From Sphaerodactylus townsendi (Eukaryota), in NCBI RefSeq assembly GCF_021028975.2, contig NC_059439.1:10974001-11038000 (forward strand): DNA of 64,000 nt, read 5' to 3'. Below are positions 46,763-61,056 of this stretch, in pieces (position 1 is the stretch's first letter; the number at the start of each line of letters is the position of its first letter). The notes below the pieces were generated by a model, which was not told the DNA's origin, did not search any database, and saw nothing but the letters and a program-made list of their open reading frames with translations. The position numbers and the translations under genes were made by a program.

Positions 46763-47390
46763 CATGGAAGACTCCCAGCAAATATCTGGATAATTGAAAT
46801 CTCCCAGTGGGTTTTTTTCTCTTGAAGAGGAAAATACATGATAGCCAGACCTTCCTGCCACAGGTGTAAAAGCAGCTGGGGGAGGCCAATTTTTGGCTGA
46901 AACATGACAAAAGTGGAAACCTGAAGGTGCCTCTGCTCAGCTGCCTTGGCTTTTCTTGTCCTCAAATAAAGCCACAGGGTCCTGCTCTGTGTTTAAGTAA
47001 GAATTTTATTACAGGGACTCACAACCCAGCAATGGGGTTCTGCAATGGCTGTGAGTGTTAAAGGCTGTGAGCATTATTATCGGCTGGTAACTCTTCTCTG
47101 ACTGTGCTCTCCATGGGGACAGACAACCTCTATTTTGAGCAACTTGCTTCTACAGAATGAATGTTAATGCATAAACACCAGCTATCTTTCTAGCAGGGCC
47201 AGATTAACATTTTTGAAGGGCGGGAGGAGGACAGAGTGGTGCCCCAATATATTATATATATTTTTCTTTAAATAAATGTATATAATGAACATGTGTAATG
47301 TAGGAGCAGCAATGGCGTAGTGGTGATGAGCAGGTGTACTCTAATCTGGAGGAACCGGGTTTGACTCCCCACTGTCGCTTGAGCTGTGGA

Positions 47391-50048
47391 TAGGGTTGGT
47401 CAATACTAAAAAAATTCGGTAAAATTCGGATTTGGGTATTTTGGCGCATAAAATGATATGTATACCCGAATCCGAATCATAGCCAATTCGGATATGCCCA
47501 AAAATTCGGGTAAATCCGAAAAATTCGGGTCCGTTTTATTATTTTTTTTGAATTTTTGGTGTTTTTACACGTTTTGGCCTGCAGGGGGCGCAATTTTAAA
47601 GCTAGCAGCACTAATCTTTCAGGATATCATCCGGAGACTGTCCTGATGATTCTCCTCAAGTTTAAGGAAGTTTGGTTCAGGGGAGACAAAGTTATTGACC
47701 CTCAAAAGGGGTGCCCCATCCCCCCATTGTTTCCAAAGGAAGCTAACAGGAGATGGGGGCTACACTTTTGAGGGTCCATAACTTTGGTCCCCCTGAACCA
47801 AACTCCACCAAACTTGGGGAGTATCATAAGGATAGTACTTGTATGATACCTCCTACAGAAATTTTGGTGTTTGAAGTAGCTCTAAAAGTGCACCCCTCAC
47901 AGTCACCCAAAGAAATTTCCCCAGATTCTGTGCTCTGTAGTGGCTGGCTGGCTGGCTCCATTGCAGCCAATGGGAAATTTCTGTGGGAGGGCTGTGGAGT
48001 GCACATTTCTCATGGTAAACCCACAAACCCGTTGCTTCAAGGGGTTCGATGTTATGGGTAGGGTCCATCTCCCACTGCCCCCATAAGCAAAGTTCCTCAA
48101 ACCTGGATGGTGTCATTCAGAGACTCTCCTGAAGATACCCTGAACGTTTTGTGACTGTACCTTGCAGTAAATGTGCACCCCACAGCCCTCCACCAGAAAT
48201 TCCCCATTGACAGCAATGCAAGGAAGTCACTGCAGAAAAAAAAGAATATTGGGCAAATTTTTGGAGAGCCTGCAGTAGGGCGCATTTTTTAGACATATCA
48301 GCACCAAAATATCAGGGTATCATCGAGGTGACTGTCCTATTGACATGACACTCCCAAGCTTTGGTGCAGTTTGGTTTAAGGGGCCAAAGCTATGGACTGG
48401 CCACCTCAAACATGGTAGCCACCATCTCCTTAGCTCCCATTGGAAACAATGGGGATAAGGGAGCCCCTTTGGAGGGTCCATAATCCTTTGCCCCCCTAGT
48501 CTGAACCATAACTGCACCAAACTTGGGGGGTGTCATCAAGGACAGTCTCCCTGATGATACCCCTGTGAAATTCGGTGCCACTAGCTTTAAAAATTCCGGT
48601 TTTCATGTTCTCCACCGCTCCTGCTGCACATGAAGCCTGCTGGAGGTGAGTGAGCTGATTGAGAGTTCATGCAAAACTCCAGCATTTTAAAGCTAAGGTG
48701 ACACCAAACTTTCAGGGGAGTGGATCATCAGGAGATTCTGTCCTGATGGATGACCCCCACCAAGTTTGAAGTGCAGAAGTTTGGTCTCAGGGGAGCCAAA
48801 GTTATGGACTCTCAAAGGTGTAGCCCCCATCCCCTATCAGCTCCCACAATTGGAAAAAACAATGGGGGGATAGATTACAACCCCTTTTGAGGGTCCATGA
48901 CCTGAACCAAACTGCACCAAACTGATGAGTAACTGGAGGCAACATCAGGACCTTGAGTCACCTGATGATTACCCCTAGATGTTAATTTGAATTGCCGATA
49001 GCATCTCAAAATGCGTCCCCTGCAGAGCACCCCCCAGAAATTTGCCCAAGATTCTTTGTTCTGCAGTGACTTAGCTGTATTGCAATGTCAATGAGGAATC
49101 TTCTGAGTAGAGAGGGCTGTGAGGTGCACACATCTTCTGAAGGTATGGTCCTACAAAACTTTCAGAGGTATCTTCAGGGAGATGGCTCTCCTGGATGACA
49201 CCATCCAGGTTTGAGGGAATTTTGCTTCAGGGGGTTTAATTCTATGGGACCCCAAAAGGGTGAGGAGCCCATCTCCCACCTGCCCTGAAGTAAAGTTCCC
49301 CAAACCCTAGACGATAGCTCATCCGCCAAGAGGACCTCTCTGAAGGCCACCCTGAGAGACTGATGAGTTCCCTACATGAAAATGTGCACTCCACAGCCTC
49401 CTCTCACTCCCAGAAATTCCCTATTGACAGCACTGTGGCAGCTAAGTCACTGCAGAAACAAAAAGAAATCTCTATTACCAATTTCTGGTGCCTGCAAAGA
49501 ATACATTTAATGCAGATGTATCAGTACTAATTATTACCAGTGTATTATCAGGAGACTGTCCCTGATGATGCCCTCAAGATTATGGTGCAGTTTGGTTCTC
49601 AGGGGGGGGCCAAAGCTTATGGACCCTCAAAGGGTAGCCTCATTCCTTTCTTAGTCTCCCACATTGGAAAGAATGGGGGGATAGGGACACCCCTTGCTGG
49701 GGGGTCCCATAACTTTGGCCCCTCAAAACCTAAACTGCACCAAACTTGGGTTCTGAGGGTATCACTCAGGACAGTCTCCCTGATGATACCCTGAAAATTT
49801 TGGTGTCCGATATAAGTTTAAAATGCGCCCCCTGCAAGGGCCGTAGAAACGTGAAAAACACACACAAAAAATAAAACACGCAATTCGGCTGGTGATCCGA
49901 ATCCCATAGATTCCTGGACTCTGTTAGAAAATTCGGACAGCTTCAGATTCCTGGACCCTTGCTAAAGAGCGTCCGAATCCCGTCCCTGGAAGATCAGTGC
50001 AGATTCGGTAAAAAATCCAGATTCGGACTGTCCGAATCTCCAACCCTA
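47391..50048. mobile_element. 2.66-kb non-autonomous hAT element with internal direct and inverted repeats, nested in a SINE
   Basis: TAGGGTTG...CAACCCTA TIR; perfect 8-bp TSD GCTGTGGA (47383-47390 and 50049-50056); subterminal ATTCGG/CCGAAT motif arrays. Confidence 0.85.
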
Positions 50049-50399
50049 GCTGTGGAGGCTTATCTGGAGAATTCAGATTAGCCTGTGCACTCCCACACAC
50101 GCCAGCTGGGTGACCTTGGGCTAGTCACAGTTCTTCAGAGCTCTCTCAGCCCCACCTACCTCATAGGGTGTTTGTTGTGTGGGGCGGGGAAGGAAAGGAG
50201 ATTGTATGCCCCTTTGAGTCTCCTACAGGAATGAAAGGGGGGATATAAATCCAAACTCTTCTTCTTCTACATATATAACCAATAACTCTTCTAAACCACA
50301 GAATAAATTGTGTTGATCTCTATGAATTAATAAATTAGACATTTGCATTATAGTATCAATCTAATTATCGATGAATTTCTTCTAGAATTCCTTTTGTTG

Positions 50400-50862
50400 T
50401 TAGGAGACAAGGCAGTTCCTAGCCAGACCTGTATGTTAAATATTAGGAAGACAGACTTTAATGAACTCAGAGGAATTATGAGAGTAATTCTATGGCAGGA
50501 GTGCTGGAAGGGGGAGGGGCAAGTGAAGGGTGGGCTCTCCTGAACAAGAGGTCTTGAGAGTTGAAGCCATCAGCATTCCAGTAAGATTTGTTTTCTGCTG
50601 CTCCAGAGACTGGGACCAGGAGTAATGAATTCAAGGTGAAGGAAAAGAGATTCTACCTAAGCATCAGGAAAAACCTCCTGACTGTAAGGGCTGTTCGATG
50701 GTGAAATGCACTACCTCGGAGTGTGGTGGAGTCTTCTTCTTGGGAGGTTTTTAAAGAGAGGCTGGATGGCCATCTGTCAGGAGTGCTTTGATTGGATGTT
50801 CCTGCATTGCTGGGGGTTGGACTTGATGGCCCTTGGGGTCTCTTTCCAACTCTATGATTCTC
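50400..50862 (+). mobile_element. Fragmented CR1 LINE (tether piece joined to the 3' end)
   Basis: LNIRKTDFNELRGI motif; 3' UTR ggttggacttgatggcc...ccaactctatgattc. Confidence 0.7.
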
Positions 50863-53800
50863 AGGCAGAAATGTGGTAAAGAGTTCACTATGATGGGGGA
50901 AATTTAAACTCTAATGCAGGGAGCAGTGGCATCCCCCCTCTGCCCTCTGTCTACTGCCCAGGGCAGCTGCCCCCCTCTTCCCAATAGAGCTTGCCCAGCC
51001 TGCTAGTTAGATGGGTAGGAGGAGACATCATTAGAACATAGCTAGTGATTCTCCCAGTGACATCCGCATCTCCAGGGATGTTACAGAGACTGAATATGTG
51101 CTAGAGGAAGAACCCTTCCATGGCAATACTGGTTTCCCTTAAACAGCACCTTCCATGTTCCAGACCTTCCACTCTTTCAACTTTATTCATTCTGGCACTA
51201 AAATTCCTCTAGCAACCCTCTTCAAGTAATCTCTGGTCCCTTCCTACCATCTAGTGGAGAACGGGAATAAGGCAGCAGACTAATTGTGTGCCATCAAGTT
51301 GCAACGCAAGGCAACCCCATGAAGTTTCACCTCATGAAGTTTTTGAGGGATAAGTGGAGATGCTTTGCCACTGCATTCTGTGCATATCAGCCCGTCTCTC
51401 CTGGTGGTCTCCCACCTAAGTATTAATTGTGGCCAACCCTCCTTAGCTTCTGACAAGTTAGAAGAGATTTGGGCAATTAGGGCTGCCACATTCGAATCTT
51501 CCCTCCCCAAAATAGGCCTATTGATTTGCTGCTCATAAATCCAAGGATTTAACTCCCACCCCACCCCACCTCTCATCCAGCACCAAGAAAGGACCAGGAA
51601 TGATGAATCTTGACAGCCAGCGCATGCCTGAAAAGGAACTGCCGGGTTGGGCAGGAAGGCTTGTCATGCGATAAAGTGCACTGGAGCCTCTGTCATGCTT
51701 TTTGGTTTAATTTATGACAAGAAAGATCCTGGAGATAAAAAGCAACAACATGAATTCAAAACAATGCTATTTTTAGGTTGCGAATTTCATGTCCTAACAT
51801 CTGGATTTGGATTTTGAACAGAGGTGAGAGGGCTTTTTGCAGAAGATACATTGAGACACAACTCAAAAGCTGACACCAGATTAGGAATTTTGTTAGCTAC
51901 TTTTAATTTTTCCATAATTTAACTGTGGAAGGTTCAGACTTCAAAAATTCATTCAATGTTGATGAGTTTTTTTAATCTTTATATAAAACTGATATTAAAT
52001 TTCCACCTTTGCACTGGATTTGAATGGGGTAGAAAAGTGGATCAATGCGCAAACAGAAAAAACTGGGTAAGTGGGTCTTATAAACGTTTGTCCCATCAAT
52101 TTCTCCAGTAGGATATTTCCAGATGTCATTTCCTGGTGATGCCATCATTCTCTTGGGAGCCAGGTCCTTCTTAATGACTGCACTTCAACTGCTTTGCTTC
52201 CTGGTTTCTCTTCCACAATGGCCCTGAAATGACAGGCCCATAACTCAGTGGAAGCTAAAAGTAAATTGAGAGCAAGGATAAGAATCCCTAGATATTTAAA
52301 GGTTCTTGATTAACCCATTCATCTTTGAAAGTAAGCCATTGAAACCGTTATTTTGGGGAGATGGAAAAAGTTTCCAACTGCACAAAGTCCTTTGAGAATT
52401 ATCCACATCAGGAGATGTAGCTAAAATACTACAAGATAGAAAGAGGAATTCTGGAGGGAGGGAAAGAGAAAATGATGTGGGGGAGGGGAATACATTAAGG
52501 TGCCATCTGGTGCTAGAAGTGGTCTCGCCTGCCACAGAGAGAATAAAAAGTGAAAGCAGGACGAGAGGAAATACAACCATACAAGAAATCTTGCCACAAT
52601 GACATTTACCCCATCGCACACCAGACACCTTGTGCATAATCAACCTATGATTAAGTGGTAGACACATGCTTTACCCACAGACGGTCTCAGTTTCAGTACC
52701 AGCCCCATCCAGTTTCAAAGGATCAAGAGCTTCTGCCAATCAGATTACACAACAATAACCTTGTTAGATCAAAAATCTCTATCAGCATAAGACAGCTTCC
52801 AGTGTCTTTTTGGGATAGACCTAATTTTTTTTTAACAAGGATAAGTGGATTATGTAAGGACGCAGAGTCAGATTAAGACATGCTGAGACCTTAAGCTATG
52901 TGGTCTGATGGCAGGAACCCCGGCAAATGATAACTTAAACATTTTAGCCATTTTTTAAAATTAGAAGCTGCTTATCATCTAAGGCCCTAAACTGTTGCTT
53001 CCTTAGTTTGTAGATAAATCCAGCTGTTTTAGAATGAAACCTCCTTCCCCCTCCCACCAAGAAGCATGCTGTTTTCCAATTGGCCAGCCAGTGGCACAAA
53101 TGGGGTGGGATGGAGAGATGGGGCACATTGAATCTATAGAAGGCACTGGGACTGTCATGTTTCCTCAGCATGACACATTAATTGTACCACGGGCAAGCAA
53201 GCAGGGCTGTCACTACAGATCACCATCATCCGTACTTCACAGATGTGCACGATTGTCGCAGCTGCTGACCCCCAAACCACCCAGTGTACAAGACAATCAT
53301 CCCCTCCCCCCAATTCTTTTCAGGCTTCAAGATCTTGAACTATCCCACCTGCTTGGGCACATCTGCTATCGCTTTCTCTACTGAACTGTGCCCCTCCTCC
53401 ACAAACACTTCCTTCAGCATGACTGAGTCTTTCTGATGATGTTGTCATGAATATATGCTAGGGCTGGCAACCCCAGTTTGGAAAATTTCTGGAGATTTGG
53501 GGTAGAGTTTGGGAGGGAGCTCAGCAGGGCTACAATGTCATGGGAGGACTTCTGTTTCTCAAAAGGTGTATGATATATCATAAAGTCCACCCTCCATAGC
53601 TGCCATTTCCTCTAGGCCCTAGGGGAACTGATCACTGTGGTCTGAAGAGTAGTTATATTTCCACAAGAATCCCAAGCATCACTTGAAGGTTGGTAATCCT
53701 AGCACCCACACATATACAAGGTGGCGGTACCTTGTCCAACCTGCTGATTCCTACAGCTTCCTACCTACTCTTTTCCCCTCTGCCCCAGGTCAGAGTAATC

Positions 53801-54232
53801 TAGGTGGGGCCTTGAGTGAAATATAGCCAAATAATTGTGCTGTTATTGACATCAACAAAGTCTCTGCTCTTTTTCTATTGAGTCACGATGCACTGTTAGG
53901 TCACCAGTTCTCCAGAGTCAAATTCTGTCATCCTCTGCCATTCTGACATAAAGGTAATCCTCTTGCAAGTACAGTAATCCTTTCCCCTAGGAACAGAGAT
54001 GCTGAGTTCCAGACTTATGAAGTCAGCATTAAGTGGGGAAGCAGGGCTGCACGTGTGTGTTGCAGAGAATTTATTGTTTTATTGATTTGTTTAGGGAATT
54101 TTTAGGCCATCTCTCCGGGGCAATTGCCCAAGGCGGCTTACAAAATAACCCAATAAAACACCAAACCAAAAGTTATACATTTAAACCCAGCATGCAAAAA
54201 ACCCAAGAGTAGAAGCCAACTTTTGAGATGAT

Positions 54233-54410
54233 GTATTGTTGAAGACTTTCACAGCCGGATTCAATTGGTTGTTGTGAGTTTTCCGGGCTGTGTGTATAAC
54301 AGACTTCTCTCTGTGATACACCTCTGAAGATGCCAGCCACAAATGCAGGCGAACATTAGGAACAAGATCTGCCAGACCACGGCCACACAGCTCGGAAAAC
54401 TCACAACAAC
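54233..54410. mobile_element. Penelope-like element remnant
   Basis: Same palindromic family; hammerhead core degenerate (gcgaacatt). Confidence 0.65.
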
Positions 54411-55934
54411 TTTTTGAGCTGATGTTTGGCCCCTTTAAATCCAACAGGATGCAATGCCTACAGCAAGATTGATCATCCCAATGGCTTCAGCAAACAAGCC
54501 AAGTTGTGATGGAAAAGGTGGATTCAATCTTCCTCTTCCTCTTTCTTTAACACAAAACTATCAGGGCAAGGGGAAACTTTTCTGAGTGTATCATTCATCA
54601 GATGTGGAGCACTTAAAGAAAACTCCTGTACCAGTGAAAATTATAGTGTGGAAAAGATCGACATGCATGTGTGGATCCAAAGACATCATAGAGTCAGGAC
54701 TGGGTGCAGCACATTTTCCAACATACACTCAGTCACAAACCTGAGTCTGCTGACATCTAATGTAAAGAAAGGAACTTAAGATGGAGCTGTTCCAACAGGA
54801 CTTTGGTTGAGGGCAGTAACAGAATTGCAACTAGCTGGCCTCCCTTCCCTTCCCTTCCTCCTTTCCTTTTTTTTTTGTTATTGTTCGAGGTCTTCTGTTT
54901 ATATTGTTAATTTCATCCTTAATGACATATATTTAGGGTGCCATGATTTTTGCAATTGATTATGGGAGTGTGTTGAATTGTTCTGCTGGAAGACGCCCTG
55001 AAACCAGAAAGGAAGGGCAGCCTAGAAATTAAATAAGTTGTTTGTTTGTTTATAAGAAACAAAATCCACTCAGAGGCTTTTGAGTATGGGAAGTTTCTGG
55101 TTTTGTGAGATAGGGGCACAAATTTCCATGTAGAACCTGGTTCTAGAGCATCCAGTTTTGCAGAATTTGCAGTAATTTAGCGAATCCTGTTTTCAATCAA
55201 ACCCTGTTGTTAACCCAATCCAATTCTGCATGTGCCTCAGTCAGCATCCTTGATCTATCACCATGGAAACCAAGCTTCTTTGCATCCAAGCCAGCAACAC
55301 ATATTCCATGCTTAGACTTAAAAGTAGGGAGGGATGTGTTGGGGGAGGACCTTTTCTTAACTCACTCGATCCTCCTATCCATTTAACATCAAATAAAATA
55401 TTTTCTCAGCTCCCAGTTTTTACTCCTGGCTTTGATCGTACACTTGGAATTAAAACTAATCACCTTTTTATGCCCAATAGACACATGTTTAAATCACAAA
55501 TGTGGATTTGTGAAACATAAGAAGGCCTAAATAACAGAAATAAAGGAAATAACTTGGTGTAGGGGTTACAGACTAGAATCTGAGAGACCCAGGTATAAAT
55601 CGCCACTCTGCCGCAAAGGTTGCTGGGATAGTTTGGGCAAATCACACACATACCCTAACCTACCTAGCAGGGTAGTTGTTCTCAGGATAAAATAGAGGAG
55701 GAAAAAATGATATTGCAACCTTCCTAAAGGTCTTGCCTAGATGACCTAACAAGGTTTTTGTTGTGCAGATAAATAGGAGGAGAACACAATTTCACAAGTC
55801 ATTATCGACATATCTATTTCTGAAGATTTTTCTGCAGGCTTGGGATCCTGTCATCTGGAGATCAGTTGAAAGTCTATGAAATCTCCAGCCCTCACATGGG
55901 GGTTGCCAACCCTCCCCAAAATAGTAGATGAAAC

Positions 55935-56803
55935 CCCTGGCAACTCTAAAGCCCAACCAATTAGTAAATCTGAGTTACAGACACATGATGAGAACAAATA
56001 GGTGGAAGGACCAAATTTCTCCCATACTAGCTCTCTATGAAATTCCTGACCTGGAAACTATTCATATATGGGACGTCAGCAAAATTCGTGACTGGCTCTA
56101 TAGTAAAGATGCTCTACAAGACAACCAACTTGCTGCCATCCAGAAATACTCCCCATGGTTCTCTCGTGTTAAAAAGAACAAATGTTATGCACAATATCTA
56201 TCAAATCTCAAGGAAGCAAACCTAAGAAAATCATTCACTTCCTAAAGGATATCAGATGTTTTACAAATCAGAACGATTTTACTGGGGAGATTTGCTAAAA
56301 TACCAAGAGAGCTACGAGTATGTAGATGTAGCTTAAATCAGTGTGAGGAGCATAATAACACTACACACTTCATTGTCCATTTTATTCTGCTATCCGTAAC
56401 AAAATATATAACAACAATCGATATCCCTGTCGTCAGGCCTGACAGGCAGTGAGGAGGAGAAAGTTTGCTTTCTGATGGCTGATGTGTATGCTGAGGTTAC
56501 ATCCAAAGTAGCAATATTTATGTTTCTAGCAGCAAAAATCAGAGAAAGTTCAACTGATGTTCAAACCACAAAAGCTAAGTTGTAATAAAGGTGGTTAAAG
56601 ATTCCTAAAATTATAATCCTGTTTTAACTAAATTTATGATATTCTGTTAAATGTTATATAACTGCATTGCTTCTGTACTCTAATGCTTGAAAAACTCTCA
56701 TAACATGTTTTATACTTTTGTAATCTGAGGGGAGGAGGGCTTTGGCTGATGTACCTTTGTATGTGTAAATGGCCTAAGGCTAATAAACACTGATTTGATT
56801 ATT
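55935..56803 (+). mobile_element. 5'-truncated non-LTR retrotransposon (RTE-X/L1-like C-terminal Cys/His motif)
   Basis: GRFAKIPRELRVCRCS...HCPFY motif; AATAAA and TGATT tail; 14-bp TSD ATAGTAGATGAAAC (55921 and 56804). Confidence 0.75.
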
Positions 56804-57062
56804 ATAGTAGATGAAACACCTGTACCTTTAAGAAACAAATAACCTCTGTGGTTGTTTCTAAGCCATCACAACATTATTACCAGCCCTCACGCCTTGTTTA
56901 CTGTCAGCAAAGGACATGAGAAGGGGCAGGGTCTTCCCAGGGGTCTTTTGGCCTTTTGAAGGAGGACTTGTCAGAGTCAGGCCAGCAGCAAGTGCTCAGT
57001 AACTTGCTACTACCCAACTTGCATGGCTCACCCAAGCCCAGTTGCTTGCTATGGTTCAACAG

Positions 57063-57739
57063 CAGGGGTCCCCAAACTACGGCCCTGGGGCCAAATGTGG
57101 CCCCCTGAGAGGTAGCATCAAAAAAAGATCCCGACCCGCCAGGCATGGCATGATACTGCCTCCAGTTCATGTGCAGTGGGGGCTCAGGAGGAGGAGGAGA
57201 AACCGGCCCCAACGGCTGTTAGATTACAGTTACAGTGTGATGGCACCCCCAAATCTCCATGAATTTTCTGACCCAGAGTTGGAAACTTTACATGTGGCAA
57301 CGCCTGCTCCCATGCCTCATTACCTCTCGGCTGTACCCCATGTGTTGCTCTCAGGCTTTCTGTTCCGCCTCACTCCCATTGGCATCAGCCAGGCTGGCAA
57401 ATCGCTCGTACTGCTAGGGAGGAAGTGATACACTATCCCTGGGTTAGATGGAATGCTTCATTGGGAAAGTTCTGCTTTTTTTTTTTACAGGGGAGGGTAT
57501 TCCACAGCCTCCCCAACCAATATTTCTGGAGCTCCAACCCTGCTTACTTGCTGACATATGCACTTTGAGTCACTGCTCTAAAATAGATCTCATGATGCAG
57601 AAAAGGCATGAAAGGTGAAATCAAACATTTTACAATCATTTGTGCATAGGAATTTGTTCATAGTTTTTTTTAGTCCGGCCCTCCAACAGTCTGAGGGACA
57701 GTGAACTGGCCCCCTGTTTAAAAAGTTTGGGGACCCCTG
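57063..57739 (+). mobile_element. OposCharlie1 (OC1)-like non-autonomous hAT element
   Basis: CAGGGGTCCCCAAACT TIRs; 3' end ATAGGAATTTGTTCATAG...CCGGCCCTCCAACAGTCTGAGGGACAGTGAACTGGCCCCCTG; perfect 8-bp TSD TTCAACAG. Confidence 0.8.
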
Positions 57740-60700
57740 TTCAACAGCAACCACCCCACAAAAGCCAATATGGTCTACTGGAAACCAGGATCTGAGAGAA
57801 CCAGGGTCATATTCCCACCCTGTCATGGAAGCTTTCTGGGTGACCTTGGGCCATTCACACACTGTTAGCCTAACAAACCTCACAGTGTTATTTTGAGAAT
57901 AATATGGAGAACACGGGAATGTACTAAACTGTTTTGGACCCCCATTATTAAGAGATGTAGGGCATAAATGAAGCACATACCAATGCAGTCAATGGCCCAT
58001 TATGAATGGAACACTTACCTCAGGGTACTTCACTGCACAGTGGGGTTACAGCGGGGTCTCCTCTCATTTCTCTGTTTACACATGAAGAGGCATCACTGAG
58101 CAGCTTATCTGCTGAACTATCCCAGATCTGCTTTTCCTATTTCCCTGAATTCCACCCATCAACTCACTGTTAGAGGCACAGATCTCATCATACCCCCTGT
58201 AGTGTGTGGAGAGGGGATAGATTCACATAATCTCTGGAAAAGAGGGGTTGAGTGCATGGAAATAATGGGTGGGTCCAAGAACTCTCTGTTATTTTAACAA
58301 GATATCAATATGAGAATTTAGAAGTCAGTGTGTTTTGGCTAAGCCCATGTGATTGAATTTTTTTCCCTTTGATTTCCACTTGCTGGCTACCAAAAGATGC
58401 CGGCAGGACAAATAGGAAGCAGGAAGTAGCTGGCAACATGGGTGAGGGGGAAGGCGTGGACAGTAGTGCAAAGGAATGGGAATGGTGAAGCTAGGCAGGC
58501 TGGCCATAGGCAGAGGGAAAATGTCCAGACAAAGTTGTGCTCATTGACAAATCTGCCCCGCTCTGACAGTAAAGCAAATTAAAGTCATGCTAGGTGTCAT
58601 TTGTCATAGAGAGACTGGACAGTGAAAGCACGGCTCAAGGAAATACATCCGTACAAGAACTCTTGTTGCAACAGACATTTGCCCCTGCAGCTCAGCAGAC
58701 ACCTTGTGCATAATCAGCCAACGATTTGGGGGCAGATAAAAATTTGTTTGGTGGGTGGGAAGGGTGGGAAGCAGGGAAATGGGAGGATATGGGGTTTGCC
58801 AGGAGGAAGTGCAAAGGAAATAATGTGGAGAGGGGAATACATGGGGGGAAAATGTACCCCCTGCAAACCTTTGCAGGTTGCCCACTATGTAACTTGGCCC
58901 AGGGGTCATCACTGTGCAACTTGAACATAATTTTCCCAGACAGAACCTGCCAGAGAGCGGGAAAGAGGGAAAGATGAAGATGTGGGCAGATTAGGGTTGC
59001 CAGGAAGTGATGTCACCATGTGGGGATGCAGATCACTCCCCTTCCTTCAGATCAATGGAGATCGCATTCCCACTTTTTCTGCCAAACTGCTTCTGCCTGC
59101 TGAACATCTGAGTGTTGGCAGGTAACAGCAGGAATCCGTGGGAGACTGTCTACCATTAGTGGGGACCTGGGAACCCCAGGGATCATAAAGGCAAGCTTGC
59201 TAGTGGGTGCAAAGGACGGAAGGAACCAGGAAAAGGAGAGAGGCTATGAGGGATGCCAAGGAAGGGAAAGAGGATACAGTGGGGGAGGGCTAAATTAGAT
59301 GCCCCCCCAAGTCCTTCTGGGTTCCTCACTTGTAAATACCCCCTTTATAGGGACAGAAGCTGAGAATCTTCAGAACATCTCCTGCTCATTTGAATGACTG
59401 CAATTGGCTGAGGCTTTTTTCTGTACACCAGAAGAAGAAAACCCCTCTGAGCATGTACACAGAGCACTCCCTTCCCATCCAACTCCCAAGTCCCCACCTA
59501 ACTCAAATCAAGGGTCAGAAGAGGAGATGCCCCCACAGAAGAGTCCAAGCACGTCCAGGTCGCTCGCTGCATCTCTTGCTTTTCTTAACTGCTTCCAAAC
59601 GGTTTCCTGTGATGTGCCGATTTCAAAGTGCTGCTCCCGCTATTAATCTGCAGTGGCAACAGCATTACAACCCACCGTCATCTCGCCTGGGTTATCCCTC
59701 AGAGAAAGATGCACTGGATAATTGCTGCCCTCATCGATCAATGTAGAGTTCTTTAAATATGCAGAAGGTTAGTTTTTGCTTTCAGACTTCAATTTCTTCA
59801 AAGCGCAGGGATAATAAAAAAGAAAATAGCCCCTGAAGGAGACTTTGCCATGCATGAAGCTCTCTGCCATGTTCGCAGGCTTGCAGCCAATGGCTCTGCA
59901 AATAAACCCCAGGTGTTTTTGATGGGACTTTTCTCAGGACAGTCTTGTCTGAAATCACACCCCTGTTTCAGCTCCTTTGGGTATTCAACTGGGAGTGTGT
60001 ACATTTTAGGCTCCCACTGGTCCTATCAAAAGCAAATATGAGCTAGGAGTTCTTTGTTTGGGATTACCAGTGACTCTTTAAACTTAATTCTATGGCGGAT
60101 GGGAAATGGTTGAGGATCAGAGCCGTGGCCAACACACTATTCTCCTGACCTTAAATGGCTCCAAGGAACAATTTGTTCCACAGAGGTAACCTACATGTCT
60201 GAACATTCAGGTGCAAAATCCTTATTCAGGCAAAGGAGGAAATGGGGTTTTACAATACCGGCTCCTAATCTAATCTAAGAGAGCTGTTCTTAGGAGTCAG
60301 GCATCTGGCCCATAGTTTAGCCAGTATGGTGTCAGATCCGGTACTGGATCTGATAGAGCTGGGAGTGGTTCAGATTCCCACTCTGCTGGGTGATTGAGCC
60401 AATCACAAACTTTACAACTAACCTACCTTACAGCGTTGTTGTTAAAATCAAATAGAAAATGGAAGAGTGTTATAAGCCATCAGGTTCCCACTGAGGAGAA
60501 AATGGGATGTTAATGAGGTAAATAATTTTTTTAGCGTCTGCAGTAACATACTGAATAACCATAGATGTTCCCCTCATAATTGAGACCATTCCAGAGATCT
60601 TCAAATGTGGTGTTCACCAACATGATTCTTGGCACTCACTTTTTTCTTCCCCCAAGCAGTTAATCCAATCAGTAAAATAATCCTGGCTTTCTTCCACTTA

Positions 60701-61056
60701 GCAGAAGGTGCTTCAGAAGTGGACTAGAAGCATCACCTCTTCAACTGTGTGCAGCAGCCATCTGGAAACAGCCCCTGCTTGGCTTGGAACCTCTTGAGGT
60801 TCTGTGGAACCTTCTATTCTGTGACTGCCCCAGATATTTTGTGATTGGCCATGCCCCTCTCATGGCAGCCATTTTGTGGTGGTGTTCTCAAAATGCCCAA
60901 AGCTTTAACAAGGTTGGGGAATCCTGTGCTCAAACAATTGAGCTTGGGGATACCATAAGCAAAGCAAGCTTTGTATTGTCGAAGGCTTTCACAGCCGGAA
61001 TCACTGGGGTGCTGTGTGGTTTCCGGGCTGTATGGCCGTGTTCTAGCAGCATTCTC

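Noticed and set aside
47400-50040. CRISPR-like or satellite array
   Set aside because: Eukaryotic context; the repeats are internal modules of a TIR/TSD-bounded hAT, not repeat-spacer units.
52490-58720. Similar segments at about 52490-52645 and 58610-58720 as paralogous exons
   Set aside because: No shared intact frame or splice sites; more likely an old dispersed repeat.
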